From: a virus
Taxonomy: Duplodnaviria; Caudoviricetes
Virus record (IMG/VR): IMGVR_UViG_3300048762_000252
Coordinates: 32,001 to 96,000 of that record
Length of the DNA stretch: 64,000 nucleotides
Strand: one strand, 5' to 3'
Made by a program: the position numbers and the translations under genes. Shown here piece after piece: positions 1 through 9,826 of the stretch; position 1 is the stretch's first letter; each line of letters begins with the position of its first letter. The notes below the pieces were generated by a model. That model did not search any database, was not told the origin of the DNA, and saw nothing but the letters and a program-made list of their open reading frames with translations.

Positions 1-4
1 GTAT

Positions 5-682
5 GTGTATGAAGAAATGGAACCATTTTTTATAAATGAATACAAAACATTGGTTCCTCAAGGATACAACATGACAACAGGTGGTGAAGGAAGTCCAACA
101 CTAACAACTTCAGAAGAGACCCGATACAAACGTAGCGAAGCTGCCAAAGCGCAACACGCCGATCCAGTAAAGAAAGCCACACATAAAGCCGCAATGAAAG
201 AGATGTCACAACGCCAAGAAGTACGGCAACAACGTTCTGAATCCGCTAATAAGCGTTGGTCTGATCCTGCATTTGAAGCAAAAATGCAAGTCAAATATGC
301 AACACCGGAATCTCAAGAAAAAAGAAGTAAAGCGGCTGCTCGACCTTGTTCTGAAGAGACAAAAGAAAAAATTCGTCAATCTCAAATAGGAAAACCAAGA
401 AGGCCGCATACAGTCGAAGAAAAGAATCGTTTGCAAGCTGCATGGACACCAGAAGCAAAAGAAAAACAAAGGCAAATAATGCTTGGAACGAAGCGTGGAT
501 CTTATCACATCGATCCGACTAAACCAAGAAAAAAGTTTTCTGAAGAAACACTACAACGAATCCGTGCCGCTGCTCAAAGGCGTGGTGAGTTAATGAAAGG
601 AAGAAAACTCTCTGAAGAAACCAAACAGAAAATGAGCATTGCTCAAAGCAACCGGCAAAAGGTCGCTAACGCTATATCCTAA
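5..682 (+). CDS. GIY-YIG homing endonuclease, C-terminal part with NUMOD3-like repeats (5' end outside window)
   Basis: EMEPFFI..Y.T..P.GYNMTTGGEG closely matches 35803-36807; repeated SEETK.K(M/I)S motifs. Confidence 0.8.
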   Translation: MYEEMEPFFINEYKTLVPQGYNMTTGGEGSPTLTTSEETRYKRSEAAKAQHADPVKKATHKAAMKEMSQRQEVRQQRSESANKRWSDPAFEAKMQVKYATPESQEKRSKAAARPCSEETKEKIRQSQIGKPRRPHTVEEKNRLQAAWTPEAKEKQRQIMLGTKRGSYHIDPTKPRKKFSEETLQRIRAAAQRRGELMKGRKLSEETKQKMSIAQSNRQKVANAIS

Positions 683-696
683 ATATAGATAATAAT

Positions 697-2505
697 ATGG
701 CATATAATTTGTTCGGGTTTTTATTTCGTGATAAAAAGAAAGGTACGCAAGAGCAACCTCTATCATTTGCGCCACCATCGAACGATGACGGTGCCATTGT
801 CATTGAACAAGGTGGTGCGTTCGCATCTGTAATCGATCTAGACGGCATTGTCAAGAATGAAATCGAACTTATCACCAAGTATCGTGAAATGTCACAACGT
901 TCCGAAGTTGAAGGTGCAATTAGTGAGATCGTCAACGAATCCATCGTCACAGAAGAAGAGAAGTCACCTGTAGCTTTGGTTGCAGATAAGCTGAATTATT
1001 CTGAAGACATTAAAAAGAAAATCACAGACGAATTCGAGAATGTTTTAAACATGCTGGACTTCAACAATGAAGGACAAGACATTTTCCGGCGCTGGTACAT
1101 TGACGGGCGACTGTACTTTCACATGGTGATTGATCCACAGAACCCACGTGATGGCATTCAAGAAATCCGATACATTGATCCACGCCGCATCAAGCCAGTC
1201 ATTGAAGTTGAAACCTTCATATCGCAAGATGGCGTACCGATGCAGACAGAAAAGCAGCGGTACTATGTTTACAATCAATTTGGAACAGATGCTACTACAG
1301 CGACCACGGGTGTGAAAATTGCATGGGATTCGATTTGTTATGTTCATTCAGGCATCCAAGAAACAAACAATACGATGATTTTGGGCTATCTTCACAAAGC
1401 TTTGAAGCCATCAAATATGCTTACAATGATCGAAGATGCCAGTGTCATCTATCGTCTCTCACGTGCTCCCGAGCGTCGTATTTTCTACATTGATGTTGGA
1501 AACCTTCCAAAGTTGAAGGCCGAACAGTATCTCAAAGACATCATGTCGAAGTATAGAAACAAGATGGTCTATGATGCTACGACAGGCGAAATTCGAGAAG
1601 ATAAAAAGTTTCTCAGCTTCATGGAAGACTATTGGCTACCACGTAGAGAAGGCGGCAGAGGCACGGAAATCAGCACGTTGCCGGGTGGTGAAAATCTTGG
1701 TGAGATGGCTGACATCGAATACTTCAAAGAGAAATTATATCAGGCTCTCAATGTGCCGGTCAGTCGCTTGAAGAGTGAATCAACCATGAGTTTCGGTGGA
1801 CAGGGAGAAGTCATTACCCGTGAAGAAGTAAAATTCGGCAAGTTTGTTTATCGTATTCGCAATCGGTTCACTGAGTTATTTGATGTATTGCTTTCTACAC
1901 AGTTGATGTTAAAAGGTATCATTGCGAAGGAAGATTGGAGAGTAATTCGTCAGAAAATTTTCTACAGCTTTTTGAAAGATACCTATTACTCCGAAATGAA
2001 AAATTTGGAAATTTTACAAAGCCGTATTGCCGCAGTTCAAAATTTCATGCAAGTTGCTGGCAAGTTGGTTTCGTGGGAATGGGTGCGGCGTAATCTCTTG
2101 ATGCAGACTGACGATGAGATGAAACAACTCGACAGTCAAATGCTTAAGGAAAAGTCTGATCCTCGTTATCAATCTCTTGAAGCCATGACTGGTGGTATGA
2201 TGCCTCCGGGTGGCGGTATGCCGGGTGATATGGGCGGCGGTATGGATCAAGGTATGGGTGGTGGCGCAGGCGAAGAAGGTGGAGAAGAAGGTGGGCAAGA
2301 AGGTCCAGAACAGGATGGACAGGAACAAGGTGATGAAGACGAACAGCAACAAGGTCCACCATCGCCAGGACCGACACAAGAACAAATTCCTGCAACTGGC
2401 GGTGATGATGGTGCAAGATCAGGAGAAGAAGAAGAACCTCTTGACCCGGACGATCTGCCCACAGAACGAGTAACCAGAAATATAGAGCGGCTGTTCCAAC
2501 GTTAA
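697..2505 (+). CDS. gp20: T4-like portal vertex protein with Gly/Glu-rich C-terminal extension
   Basis: FRRWYIDGR, IYRLSRAPERRIFYIDVGNLPK.KAEQY, EDYWLPRREGGRGTEI.TLPGG hallmark motifs. Confidence 0.98.
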   Translation: MAYNLFGFLFRDKKKGTQEQPLSFAPPSNDDGAIVIEQGGAFASVIDLDGIVKNEIELITKYREMSQRSEVEGAISEIVNESIVTEEEKSPVALVADKLNYSEDIKKKITDEFENVLNMLDFNNEGQDIFRRWYIDGRLYFHMVIDPQNPRDGIQEIRYIDPRRIKPVIEVETFISQDGVPMQTEKQRYYVYNQFGTDATTATTGVKIAWDSICYVHSGIQETNNTMILGYLHKALKPSNMLTMIEDASVIYRLSRAPERRIFYIDVGNLPKLKAEQYLKDIMSKYRNKMVYDATTGEIREDKKFLSFMEDYWLPRREGGRGTEISTLPGGENLGEMADIEYFKEKLYQALNVPVSRLKSESTMSFGGQGEVITREEVKFGKFVYRIRNRFTELFDVLLSTQLMLKGIIAKEDWRVIRQKIFYSFLKDTYYSEMKNLEILQSRIAAVQNFMQVAGKLVSWEWVRRNLLMQTDDEMKQLDSQMLKEKSDPRYQSLEAMTGGMMPPGGGMPGDMGGGMDQGMGGGAGEEGGEEGGQEGPEQDGQEQGDEDEQQQGPPSPGPTQEQIPATGGDDGARSGEEEEPLDPDDLPTERVTRNIERLFQR

Positions 2506-2522
2506 ATTAAGAGGTGGCAGCA

Positions 2523-2954
2523 ATGTCTGAAAGTTTATCAACATATCAAGGTGAACCATGTAAATGTGGTGCTACAGAAAAATATGTAAAGAATAAGAAT
2601 TGTGTTGGGTGTGCGAGAAAACGTAATCGTGAAACTGTACGCATATGGAGACGCAATCATCCTGAACGGGTAGTGAAACAAAATCATAATTACAATTTAA
2701 CACACCGCAAACAAATAACTGAGAGAAACAGAACACGTCTGTATGGAATTTCTCCAGACATGTATAATCATTTGATGTTCCTTCAAAAAGGTATCTGTAT
2801 TGGTTGCCCGAATCCCGCAACTGAAGTAGATCACGATCACAAAACAGGAAAAGTTCGAGGATTGCTTTGTCCTCTTTGCAATAAACTATTAGGTCTTGCC
2901 AAAGACAATCCAACAATACTTCATAATTTGGCAAATTATCTTGAAACATCATAA
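2523..2954 (+). CDS. Endonuclease VII-family (His-Me) homing endonuclease
   Basis: YGIS..Y..M...Q...C.GC...VDHDHKTGKVRGLLC..CN..LG..KDNP..L.....YL. Confidence 0.88.
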   Translation: MSESLSTYQGEPCKCGATEKYVKNKNCVGCARKRNRETVRIWRRNHPERVVKQNHNYNLTHRKQITERNRTRLYGISPDMYNHLMFLQKGICIGCPNPATEVDHDHKTGKVRGLLCPLCNKLLGLAKDNPTILHNLANYLETS

Positions 2955-2970
2955 ACTAAATACTTTTATT

Positions 2971-3252
2971 ATGAAAACACAAATTTTTGGAGCTAATATA
3001 GGCTATGCGTATAAACGGAAACATCTTGAAATTCCTGCGGTTGAAAATCAAGAATTGAAACATCTTATCGAAAAACCTGTTATGGTGGTCGAAAACCATC
3101 CCAAAGTTGAGCCTGTTGTCGAAGAAACAAAATTGAGTGATAATAACGAAGGTGGCACAGGCGAAGGTGAGATTATAAACCACGCAGTTGAAGGCGGTTG
3201 GAAAGCAAAGCGTGATAAGAAAAAGACAATTCAAGAAAAGCCAGCGGAGTAA
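2971..3252 (+). CDS. hypothetical late protein
   Basis: ORF preceded by TAAATA (2957-2962). Confidence 0.55.
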   Translation: MKTQIFGANIGYAYKRKHLEIPAVENQELKHLIEKPVMVVENHPKVEPVVEETKLSDNNEGGTGEGEIINHAVEGGWKAKRDKKKTIQEKPAE

Positions 3253-3255
3253 TGA

Positions 3256-3894
3256 ATGTCTACAATACACATCTTATTTGGTACTTCATCTTTTGTTAAA
3301 AATAGAGTATTGGAAACGCTAAGTGGAAAATCAAATTTCACGGCGACTATACCTATTTCTCAGACAACTTATCTCGACGGTAAGGTTCCACAAACCGGAA
3401 CCAATCTAGGAACAATGGGTTATCGAATTGGAGCATCAGATAGAAATCCTGGCGAAATTTCTAATGAGATGGAAGGCTTTGTGGTGTTAAATCAAACCAA
3501 TGGAAAAGTGTTTCAAACCATTGGTGGACAATGGTGTGCTTTAGGATCGATTGGAAATTTAGATTTTCTTGATCCTACTTTGCTTCCATCATGGTACAAT
3601 AATATTCCAAATGGACCTTCTGCATATCGAGTAGGATGTTTTGGTCTTGACGAATCAAATTATAGTGGCGCTGCGGATGGATATCCAAATGGATTTCTTG
3701 TGGAAAATCAATCCACCGGAAATGCTTTTGTAGTATCTGGAGGAACGGAAACCGATGGAGTTTGGTCTGGTGGAATATGGGGAACCGGGACTTTTTCAAA
3801 AGAACTTCAAACTGCATGGTTAGAGAATGAAGGTATCACCTATATTAGATCGGGTAATATGGTTTGCATAACAGGAAAGGCAAAAATTGCATAA
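3256..3894 (+). CDS. hypothetical (probably virion) protein with internal duplication
   Basis: GFVVLNQTNGKVF / GFLVENQSTGNAF repeat; lies in head operon. Confidence 0.6.
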   Translation: MSTIHILFGTSSFVKNRVLETLSGKSNFTATIPISQTTYLDGKVPQTGTNLGTMGYRIGASDRNPGEISNEMEGFVVLNQTNGKVFQTIGGQWCALGSIGNLDFLDPTLLPSWYNNIPNGPSAYRVGCFGLDESNYSGAADGYPNGFLVENQSTGNAFVVSGGTETDGVWSGGIWGTGTFSKELQTAWLENEGITYIRSGNMVCITGKAKIA

Positions 3895-3948
3895 TGCAAA
3901 GGGTAGCAACGAAAAGAGATAAATATTAATTTGGGAGAGCTATATCAC

Positions 3949-6090
3949 ATGAGTAAATCAATCGTCGGACTAATCGCAGAGAATCAATCAAGTGAAGCTG
4001 TCTCTGTCGTCAACAAGGCTTTAGCAAAGAAACTCTTGTGTGCTATTTCTGAACAAGCAAGTGAAGTCGCACGACAGGCGTATGGCACTCTCGAAGAGTA
4101 CTATGGTGGTGATGAACAACCGGACTACACGAACAATTCGGACAGCGCTTACGCTACATTCTTTCAAAACGCTTTACGCAAGTTTGGTGTTACGGGACCA
4201 GAAGACTTCAAAGATGATGTTACGAAACAACGATTTTTCGACTATGTAGACCATAATTGGAGGGCGCAAGACTCCGTACAGAATCCAATTCAAGGCGCTA
4301 ATGGCGGCAGCATGGAAAATGGCACACAGACACAACTTCCCGCTCCTGCTGCTCCACCACAAGCTCCAATAGCTCCTACGCAGGATTCTACACCAACTAC
4401 GGCCCAAGGTAATGATCCTAGTGTGGCTACAATGGCTCCAGCAGGGCCTACAATCAATCAAACGGCTCCAATGGGACAGCAAGGCTCAGATCCAACATTG
4501 AATGGCGCACAGAACCAGCAAACGTTTACTGGTCAGGGTCCAGCCGCCGATCAATATGCGGGTGGTTCTCAACAGCAGAGTAGCGGCTCCAATTTTGGTC
4601 TTCCAGATCAAAATGCTTGCCCATATTGCAAAGGTTCTGGTAAGGCAGCTTGCCCGACTTGTGGCAGACCTCACGGACTTGATAATCAACAACCGGGCGC
4701 TCCAGGCGGCGAAGATCAAGATCCAAATCTTGAAATTGGCCCAGAAGGTTCCGAAGACGGAATGGATGATGAACAGGGTCTCGAAGGTGGCGAACAAGAT
4801 CCTAATGGAGAAAATATCGACGGTGGTATGGGTGACGAAAGCGGCATGGAAGGCGAAGAAGGCGGCGATGAAATGGGTGCCGATCAACAGACTCCAGGCG
4901 GTGAAGGTGAAGATGTCGATGATCCATTTGACGATGAAGATGCCTATTCTATCGACGCAAGCGACTTTAATGGTGCTGGCGGCGAAGATGATGGTACTGG
5001 CGGTGCTGCTGGTGGCGAAGGTGGCGAAGATTTAGGTGACGACGAAGGTGGCAATTTAGGCGGTGAAGGTGAAGAAGAAGGCAGCGAAGATTTAGGTGAC
5101 GATGAAACCGGAGATGAAGAAGGTGACGAAGATCTAGGTGCCGATGACGAAGGTGGCGAACCTGATGATGAAGAAGACCCGGATTTAGAAGTTGGTGCTG
5201 AAGGTGCTGGTGATGAAGAAGGTGACGATGAAGCAGTAGTAGCTCCTAAAAAGGCTCCATTTGGTAAAGCACCCGCAAAAGTAGCTGAAGATTTTGGATT
5301 CGGATTAGACAATGCCGAAGATGCTGTGTTTCTCACTGAAGCTGGTTTAATGATGCAAGCAAAACCAGAGCCAGTCGATCCAGGTTTAAACAAAATCATC
5401 ACTTATGTCCAGCAACAATTGAGCAAGATCAAGAAACTTCGTAATACAATGCTCATGCAGCTTCGTAGACAACGTGCAGTGATTAAGAAAGACCCGGCAC
5501 TCGGACCTGAAGAAAAGATGGAAGCTTTGAAGCAACTGGCAATGATGGCAAAAGACAATCGCAAGTTCTTTAAGAGTCAAGCTAAACTCGTGAAAGCAAT
5601 GTTTACTGGCAAGTTGGCTGGTGAAGATGTAGGTGCTCCAGAAGAAGGTGCTCCAGAAGGCGAAGAAGGAATGGAAGGCCAAGACCAAGAGCAGCCACAG
5701 AAAGGTGGATTCCCACCAGTTGAAGGTCAAAACCTGAAGATCCGGGATGATGAAGGCGAAGGCGAAAATGGCGAAGAACCAGAAGTAGAAGACGATGGAG
5801 AATCCGATGAGAAACAACCGGCAAATAATTTTCCACCTAAGAAAAAAGGATTTCCACCAGCCGCCAATGACGATGAAGATGAACCAGAAGCAGATGATAA
5901 CGGCAAGCAAAAGTTTCCCAAAGCCAAAGGCATGACGGAAGACGAACTACAAGAATATGAAAGTTCAGCAGCAATTGAAGGCAAGATCAAAATGCTGCAT
6001 ATGCAGATCTCTTCGCAAGGCGACCCTGGCGGTAGGCGCAGAGCAGCATTGAAAAGTCTGAAAAACCAATTGGCGATGGCACGGAGTTAA
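3949..6090 (+). CDS. large acidic prohead-core protein with gp67-like N-terminus
   Basis: N-terminal helix pattern like T4 gp67; Y..FF..AL.KFGV..P..F.....K..FF.YVD..W motif; CPYCKGSG..CPTCG Zn finger; long D/E/G tracts; between gp20 and gp21; late promoter ~3919. Confidence 0.7.
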   Translation: MSKSIVGLIAENQSSEAVSVVNKALAKKLLCAISEQASEVARQAYGTLEEYYGGDEQPDYTNNSDSAYATFFQNALRKFGVTGPEDFKDDVTKQRFFDYVDHNWRAQDSVQNPIQGANGGSMENGTQTQLPAPAAPPQAPIAPTQDSTPTTAQGNDPSVATMAPAGPTINQTAPMGQQGSDPTLNGAQNQQTFTGQGPAADQYAGGSQQQSSGSNFGLPDQNACPYCKGSGKAACPTCGRPHGLDNQQPGAPGGEDQDPNLEIGPEGSEDGMDDEQGLEGGEQDPNGENIDGGMGDESGMEGEEGGDEMGADQQTPGGEGEDVDDPFDDEDAYSIDASDFNGAGGEDDGTGGAAGGEGGEDLGDDEGGNLGGEGEEEGSEDLGDDETGDEEGDEDLGADDEGGEPDDEEDPDLEVGAEGAGDEEGDDEAVVAPKKAPFGKAPAKVAEDFGFGLDNAEDAVFLTEAGLMMQAKPEPVDPGLNKIITYVQQQLSKIKKLRNTMLMQLRRQRAVIKKDPALGPEEKMEALKQLAMMAKDNRKFFKSQAKLVKAMFTGKLAGEDVGAPEEGAPEGEEGMEGQDQEQPQKGGFPPVEGQNLKIRDDEGEGENGEEPEVEDDGESDEKQPANNFPPKKKGFPPAANDDEDEPEADDNGKQKFPKAKGMTEDELQEYESSAAIEGKIKMLHMQISSQGDPGGRRRAALKSLKNQLAMARS

Positions 6091-6091
6091 T

Positions 6092-6514
6092 ATGAATTTC
6101 TTAGATTACATCAAACAAGGCGATGCAGTAAATGCTACGGTACTGATTGAAACCGTACTGAAGCAAAAAACACTTGCACACATTAAGGAACAACGCTCTG
6201 TGGTTGCCGAAATTACCTACAACTTGGCCAAGCAAGAAGATATTGTTGAAGCCGCACATCCGTGGTCGGGCGAATTGACAAAACGTGGGTATAAGAAGAT
6301 TGGAACCCGCCATACTAATGAAAAAAATCTTGGAAGCGTAACAAACCATGATTATTCTCATCCAAATGGATATAAAATCACTTTGCGTAAACATAATCAA
6401 GGTACAGGACATGGTTTCCATATTCAAAGAGCTAATGATGAAAAATCAACTATCTTTGGTGGCGATTTAGGATCGTTGAAATCTAACTTACATTTGATTC
6501 ATAAAGAGGAATGA
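6092..6514 (+). CDS. gp67-like N-terminus fused to a His-rich module
   Basis: MNFLDYIKQGDAVNATVLIETVLKQKTLAHIKEQRSVVAE resembles gp67; IVE spacer then LTKRGY..YSHPNGY module. Confidence 0.7.
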   Translation: MNFLDYIKQGDAVNATVLIETVLKQKTLAHIKEQRSVVAEITYNLAKQEDIVEAAHPWSGELTKRGYKKIGTRHTNEKNLGSVTNHDYSHPNGYKITLRKHNQGTGHGFHIQRANDEKSTIFGGDLGSLKSNLHLIHKEE

Positions 6515-9165
6515 AAATGAAAACTCTACTTGAACAAGAAAACGGTGCTCTAGAAGTAACTTCTACTATTGAGAGTATGTTAAAGCAAAAAACTCTTGAA
6601 GCTATTGAAGAAACTCGAAAACAAGTCGCTGCTGATACCTTTAGCATGAATTTTGAATCTGCCGATTCAGAACTTCAAGAAGCTATTGAAGCTGCTTACA
6701 ATGGCGAAGAGCAATTGGACGAATGGCCGAAGGCAGATACCACCGTTGACCATCCACTAGCAAAAGAACTGGCATCAAAAGCTCTTTATAACCACAAAGA
6801 ATACCATAATGGAAATCATGATGCCACTCATGGTGGATGGGCAATGCATGATCTTCATACATGGGCAAAAAACTATGCCAGGAAAAAAGATAAGGGTGTC
6901 TACGATAAGGAACTAGCGGTTAAGGGCCTCACCCACGCTATTAAAAATTCTGAAGCATCGACCTTTGGAAAACCACACGGAACAAAACACGGGCAGAAAA
7001 TTACCGGCGCTACACGCACGCAAGCCGCTCGCCACTTGCTCCCGCATGTGGAGAAGTTGATGAAGCAACACCAAAAGCCGGTGAAGGAAGAAAAAATAGT
7101 CGAAACAACCAAAATTTCTAAATCAGAAGATCCAATGGGCGTAGCTGGCACTCTTGGATTAACGACGAAAGATCCATGGGAAGAGAATAAAAAGCGAGCA
7201 GCCTTACCCATAGGTTTGTGGAAACACCCAAGCACTAGTAAGAAGAAAAAGTTTAGCCTGCTCTACAAACCAAAAAAAAAATCTAAAGCTCGTCTGACCG
7301 AAAAGCCGGTGACTGAAGAAGAAACAATAGATCAACATTGCGGTGGGTGCAAAAAGGATTTAACAAAGCATCATGGACAAATTTACCGCTTTTCAGTGCC
7401 ATCTATGCCGATAGGCAACTATCGTAGTGTAGATTTTTGTTCAACTAAATGCGCCACTTTGGATGCAATGAAAAATAAAGTGAATGAAACAGAAGCTCAT
7501 TATACCGGGCACAAAGATGGAAAAGTTGAACGATTTTCTTCAAATACACCGCCAACACAGAAATCACATGGACACCTTTATAATGCTGTGACTGGCCCTT
7601 TCAAAACAAAACGGGCAGCAGATTGGGCTGTGAAAAATCAAGGCAACCCACATTTTCATCATGTCAATGATGCAGAAAAATTATCTAAACTTGAAGTAAA
7701 CGAGCTTTATAGTGATTCTTTGATTCGTCATCTTGATCGTGATCCAAGAGCATCGGAACAAAAACCCAAAACAAACACAACATTAGCAATATTGAAAAAA
7801 CTTCATGCAGCCAATTATCCAAAGTTTGAAGTTTCACCAGATATACAAAAAGAAGAAGAATTTAATGAAGGTAGAAAACCTCATAAAAATCCATTAATGC
7901 ACGCACGGCTGACCGATCATGGATTTGAATATAAGGGAACGAATAGTGGATTTCAACATTACAAAAATTCAGAAGGACACAGAATAAAACACAAATTTCC
8001 AACACCGAACGGTAATCATAGTTTTACCCATGAAGATCCATCTGGAAAAGTAGTTTGGAAAAGTCCTTCTGCGAGCGATACAGAAATTCATAAGCATCTT
8101 GAAAAGCATTTTCCGACAGGAAAACTCGGGGAAGCCCGTGATCCATTCGGATTTGGTAAAAAACATTTGGCACAGTTGGGTGTAGTAGATAAGATAATTA
8201 AAAAGCAAGTCGCTGCAAAAAAGACACCTTCAACATTTCAAAGAGATCTTGATGATTGGCGGAAACATGATCGTGGCGCAATACCAAAAGGTAAATTAGG
8301 TGAAGAGGACATTACTGAATTTCAAGGGTATGGTCCAGCCGATCCGAACCATCCACTAAATCGTAATTTGGCACAAAATAGATCAAATAGTCCTATTACT
8401 CGTAAAGTAGCACCGTCGAAATTTGGGTATAAACCCGTTGATCCAAATCATCCATTAAATCGAACCGAAGCCGAACAACCACACAAATTAGATACTCCAT
8501 CACCGGAAGAAGCAAAAAAACATTTTAAATGGGCGCAACAAGTTCGTACTAAGGCCAGCAAAGGTCAAGGTGAATTTGATAATAAATGGAAGTCTGCAAA
8601 AACAGATAAAGAAAAACATGCACTGAAAGTACATGCATTTCAAAACAATTATAACATTCCTTGGGAACAAGGTGTTAATGTTCGAAGCAGATCTCCAATT
8701 CATGACTTTGCTACAGAAGAAGAAGTAAACGAAGAATATCTCACAGAAATTAGTCAAGCGATTCCGTGGCCTGCTCGTTCCAAGCATTTAGGAAGCTATA
8801 CAAGAAAGAAAGGTGAGGAAGGAGCATATAATCATCCTGAAGGGCACAAGCTTGAACTTCATAAAGATGCTGAAGGAAAACCAAATGGTGAATGGACACA
8901 TACCACAAAAGATGGAAAGGTAAAGAAGGGTACGGGTATTGGAAATTTGCATGTACATTTGATGAAAACACATGGAAATTTCGATGAAAGAGTAAAACAT
9001 CATATGCAAAACACTGGTGTTAACAGTCTGTCTCACGCAATGGGCGCACTCTCTTACAAACACCACAAAAAACACGAAGGAGATCCTGAAGATAACGCTG
9101 TAGAGTACAAAGCAATGCATAAAGCCGATATGAACCTCTCAAAGCGGGATCGAGGAGTAAGGTAA
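6511..9165 (+). CDS. gp67-like head-targeted polyprotein of His/Lys-rich modules
   Basis: IESMLKQKTLEAIEE.RK.VA shared with preceding ORF; more than 10 acidic (L/I/V/F)-x-E spacers. Confidence 0.7.
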   Translation: MKMKTLLEQENGALEVTSTIESMLKQKTLEAIEETRKQVAADTFSMNFESADSELQEAIEAAYNGEEQLDEWPKADTTVDHPLAKELASKALYNHKEYHNGNHDATHGGWAMHDLHTWAKNYARKKDKGVYDKELAVKGLTHAIKNSEASTFGKPHGTKHGQKITGATRTQAARHLLPHVEKLMKQHQKPVKEEKIVETTKISKSEDPMGVAGTLGLTTKDPWEENKKRAALPIGLWKHPSTSKKKKFSLLYKPKKKSKARLTEKPVTEEETIDQHCGGCKKDLTKHHGQIYRFSVPSMPIGNYRSVDFCSTKCATLDAMKNKVNETEAHYTGHKDGKVERFSSNTPPTQKSHGHLYNAVTGPFKTKRAADWAVKNQGNPHFHHVNDAEKLSKLEVNELYSDSLIRHLDRDPRASEQKPKTNTTLAILKKLHAANYPKFEVSPDIQKEEEFNEGRKPHKNPLMHARLTDHGFEYKGTNSGFQHYKNSEGHRIKHKFPTPNGNHSFTHEDPSGKVVWKSPSASDTEIHKHLEKHFPTGKLGEARDPFGFGKKHLAQLGVVDKIIKKQVAAKKTPSTFQRDLDDWRKHDRGAIPKGKLGEEDITEFQGYGPADPNHPLNRNLAQNRSNSPITRKVAPSKFGYKPVDPNHPLNRTEAEQPHKLDTPSPEEAKKHFKWAQQVRTKASKGQGEFDNKWKSAKTDKEKHALKVHAFQNNYNIPWEQGVNVRSRSPIHDFATEEEVNEEYLTEISQAIPWPARSKHLGSYTRKKGEEGAYNHPEGHKLELHKDAEGKPNGEWTHTTKDGKVKKGTGIGNLHVHLMKTHGNFDERVKHHMQNTGVNSLSHAMGALSYKHHKKHEGDPEDNAVEYKAMHKADMNLSKRDRGVR

Positions 9166-9825
9166 ATGGCAATTCAAAATCCAAATTCATCCGGGCAAGG
9201 TCATGATCCTGATCACGAAAAAAATCCGTACCATGCAACACTTGTGAAACATGGTTATGAATATTCACATTCTACTCCTGTAAACCATTCTGCATATTCA
9301 GTATCTCCATCACACCCGGATTATAAGAATCAGGACATTCGTGTTCACCATTCTTATAAACACAAAGATTTAAAGGACCATGTTGTAGGTGTGTCTCCTT
9401 CAAAAGATGGAGGTCACAAATGGGATGTTCATAAATTGGGTCAAGGAACAAGTTTCACCGGAACTGGCTGGTCAGCGTTAGACAAACATCTGAAAGGTCA
9501 CCTTGCACGTGCAAAAAAGAAAGCAAATGCAGTTGAAGGGTTAATTCGTTCTAAACTTAACACCGCTCTCACTGAAGCAAAAAAAAATGTGGCTACATCT
9601 TTATTTGAAACCATCACAACAATGCCGACAATGCCAAAATCTTTGTCGTCAGGAGTAGATAAACATCAACAAAAACGTCAACAAATTCAAGCACTCCAAG
9701 TAAAGATTACTGCGCTGCAAGGTAAAATAGCCACATCAAAAGATCCAACTGCGATGAAACAACAACTTGCTATTCAGAAATCAAAATTAGAAACGGCGAA
9801 ATTGGAACTTGCAGTGGTGAAATAA
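9166..9825 (+). CDS. His-rich module, internal gp67-like helix and C-terminal coiled coil
   Basis: LVKHGYEY...W..H...GTGWSALDKHL; VEGLIRSKLNTALTEAKKNVATSLFE. Confidence 0.65.
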   Translation: MAIQNPNSSGQGHDPDHEKNPYHATLVKHGYEYSHSTPVNHSAYSVSPSHPDYKNQDIRVHHSYKHKDLKDHVVGVSPSKDGGHKWDVHKLGQGTSFTGTGWSALDKHLKGHLARAKKKANAVEGLIRSKLNTALTEAKKNVATSLFETITTMPTMPKSLSSGVDKHQQKRQQIQALQVKITALQGKIATSKDPTAMKQQLAIQKSKLETAKLELAVVK

Positions 9826-9826
9826 T

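Noticed and set aside
8326-8463. GY.P.DPNHPLNR two-copy repeat
   Set aside because: A real but short intragenic duplication, already covered by the polyprotein finding.
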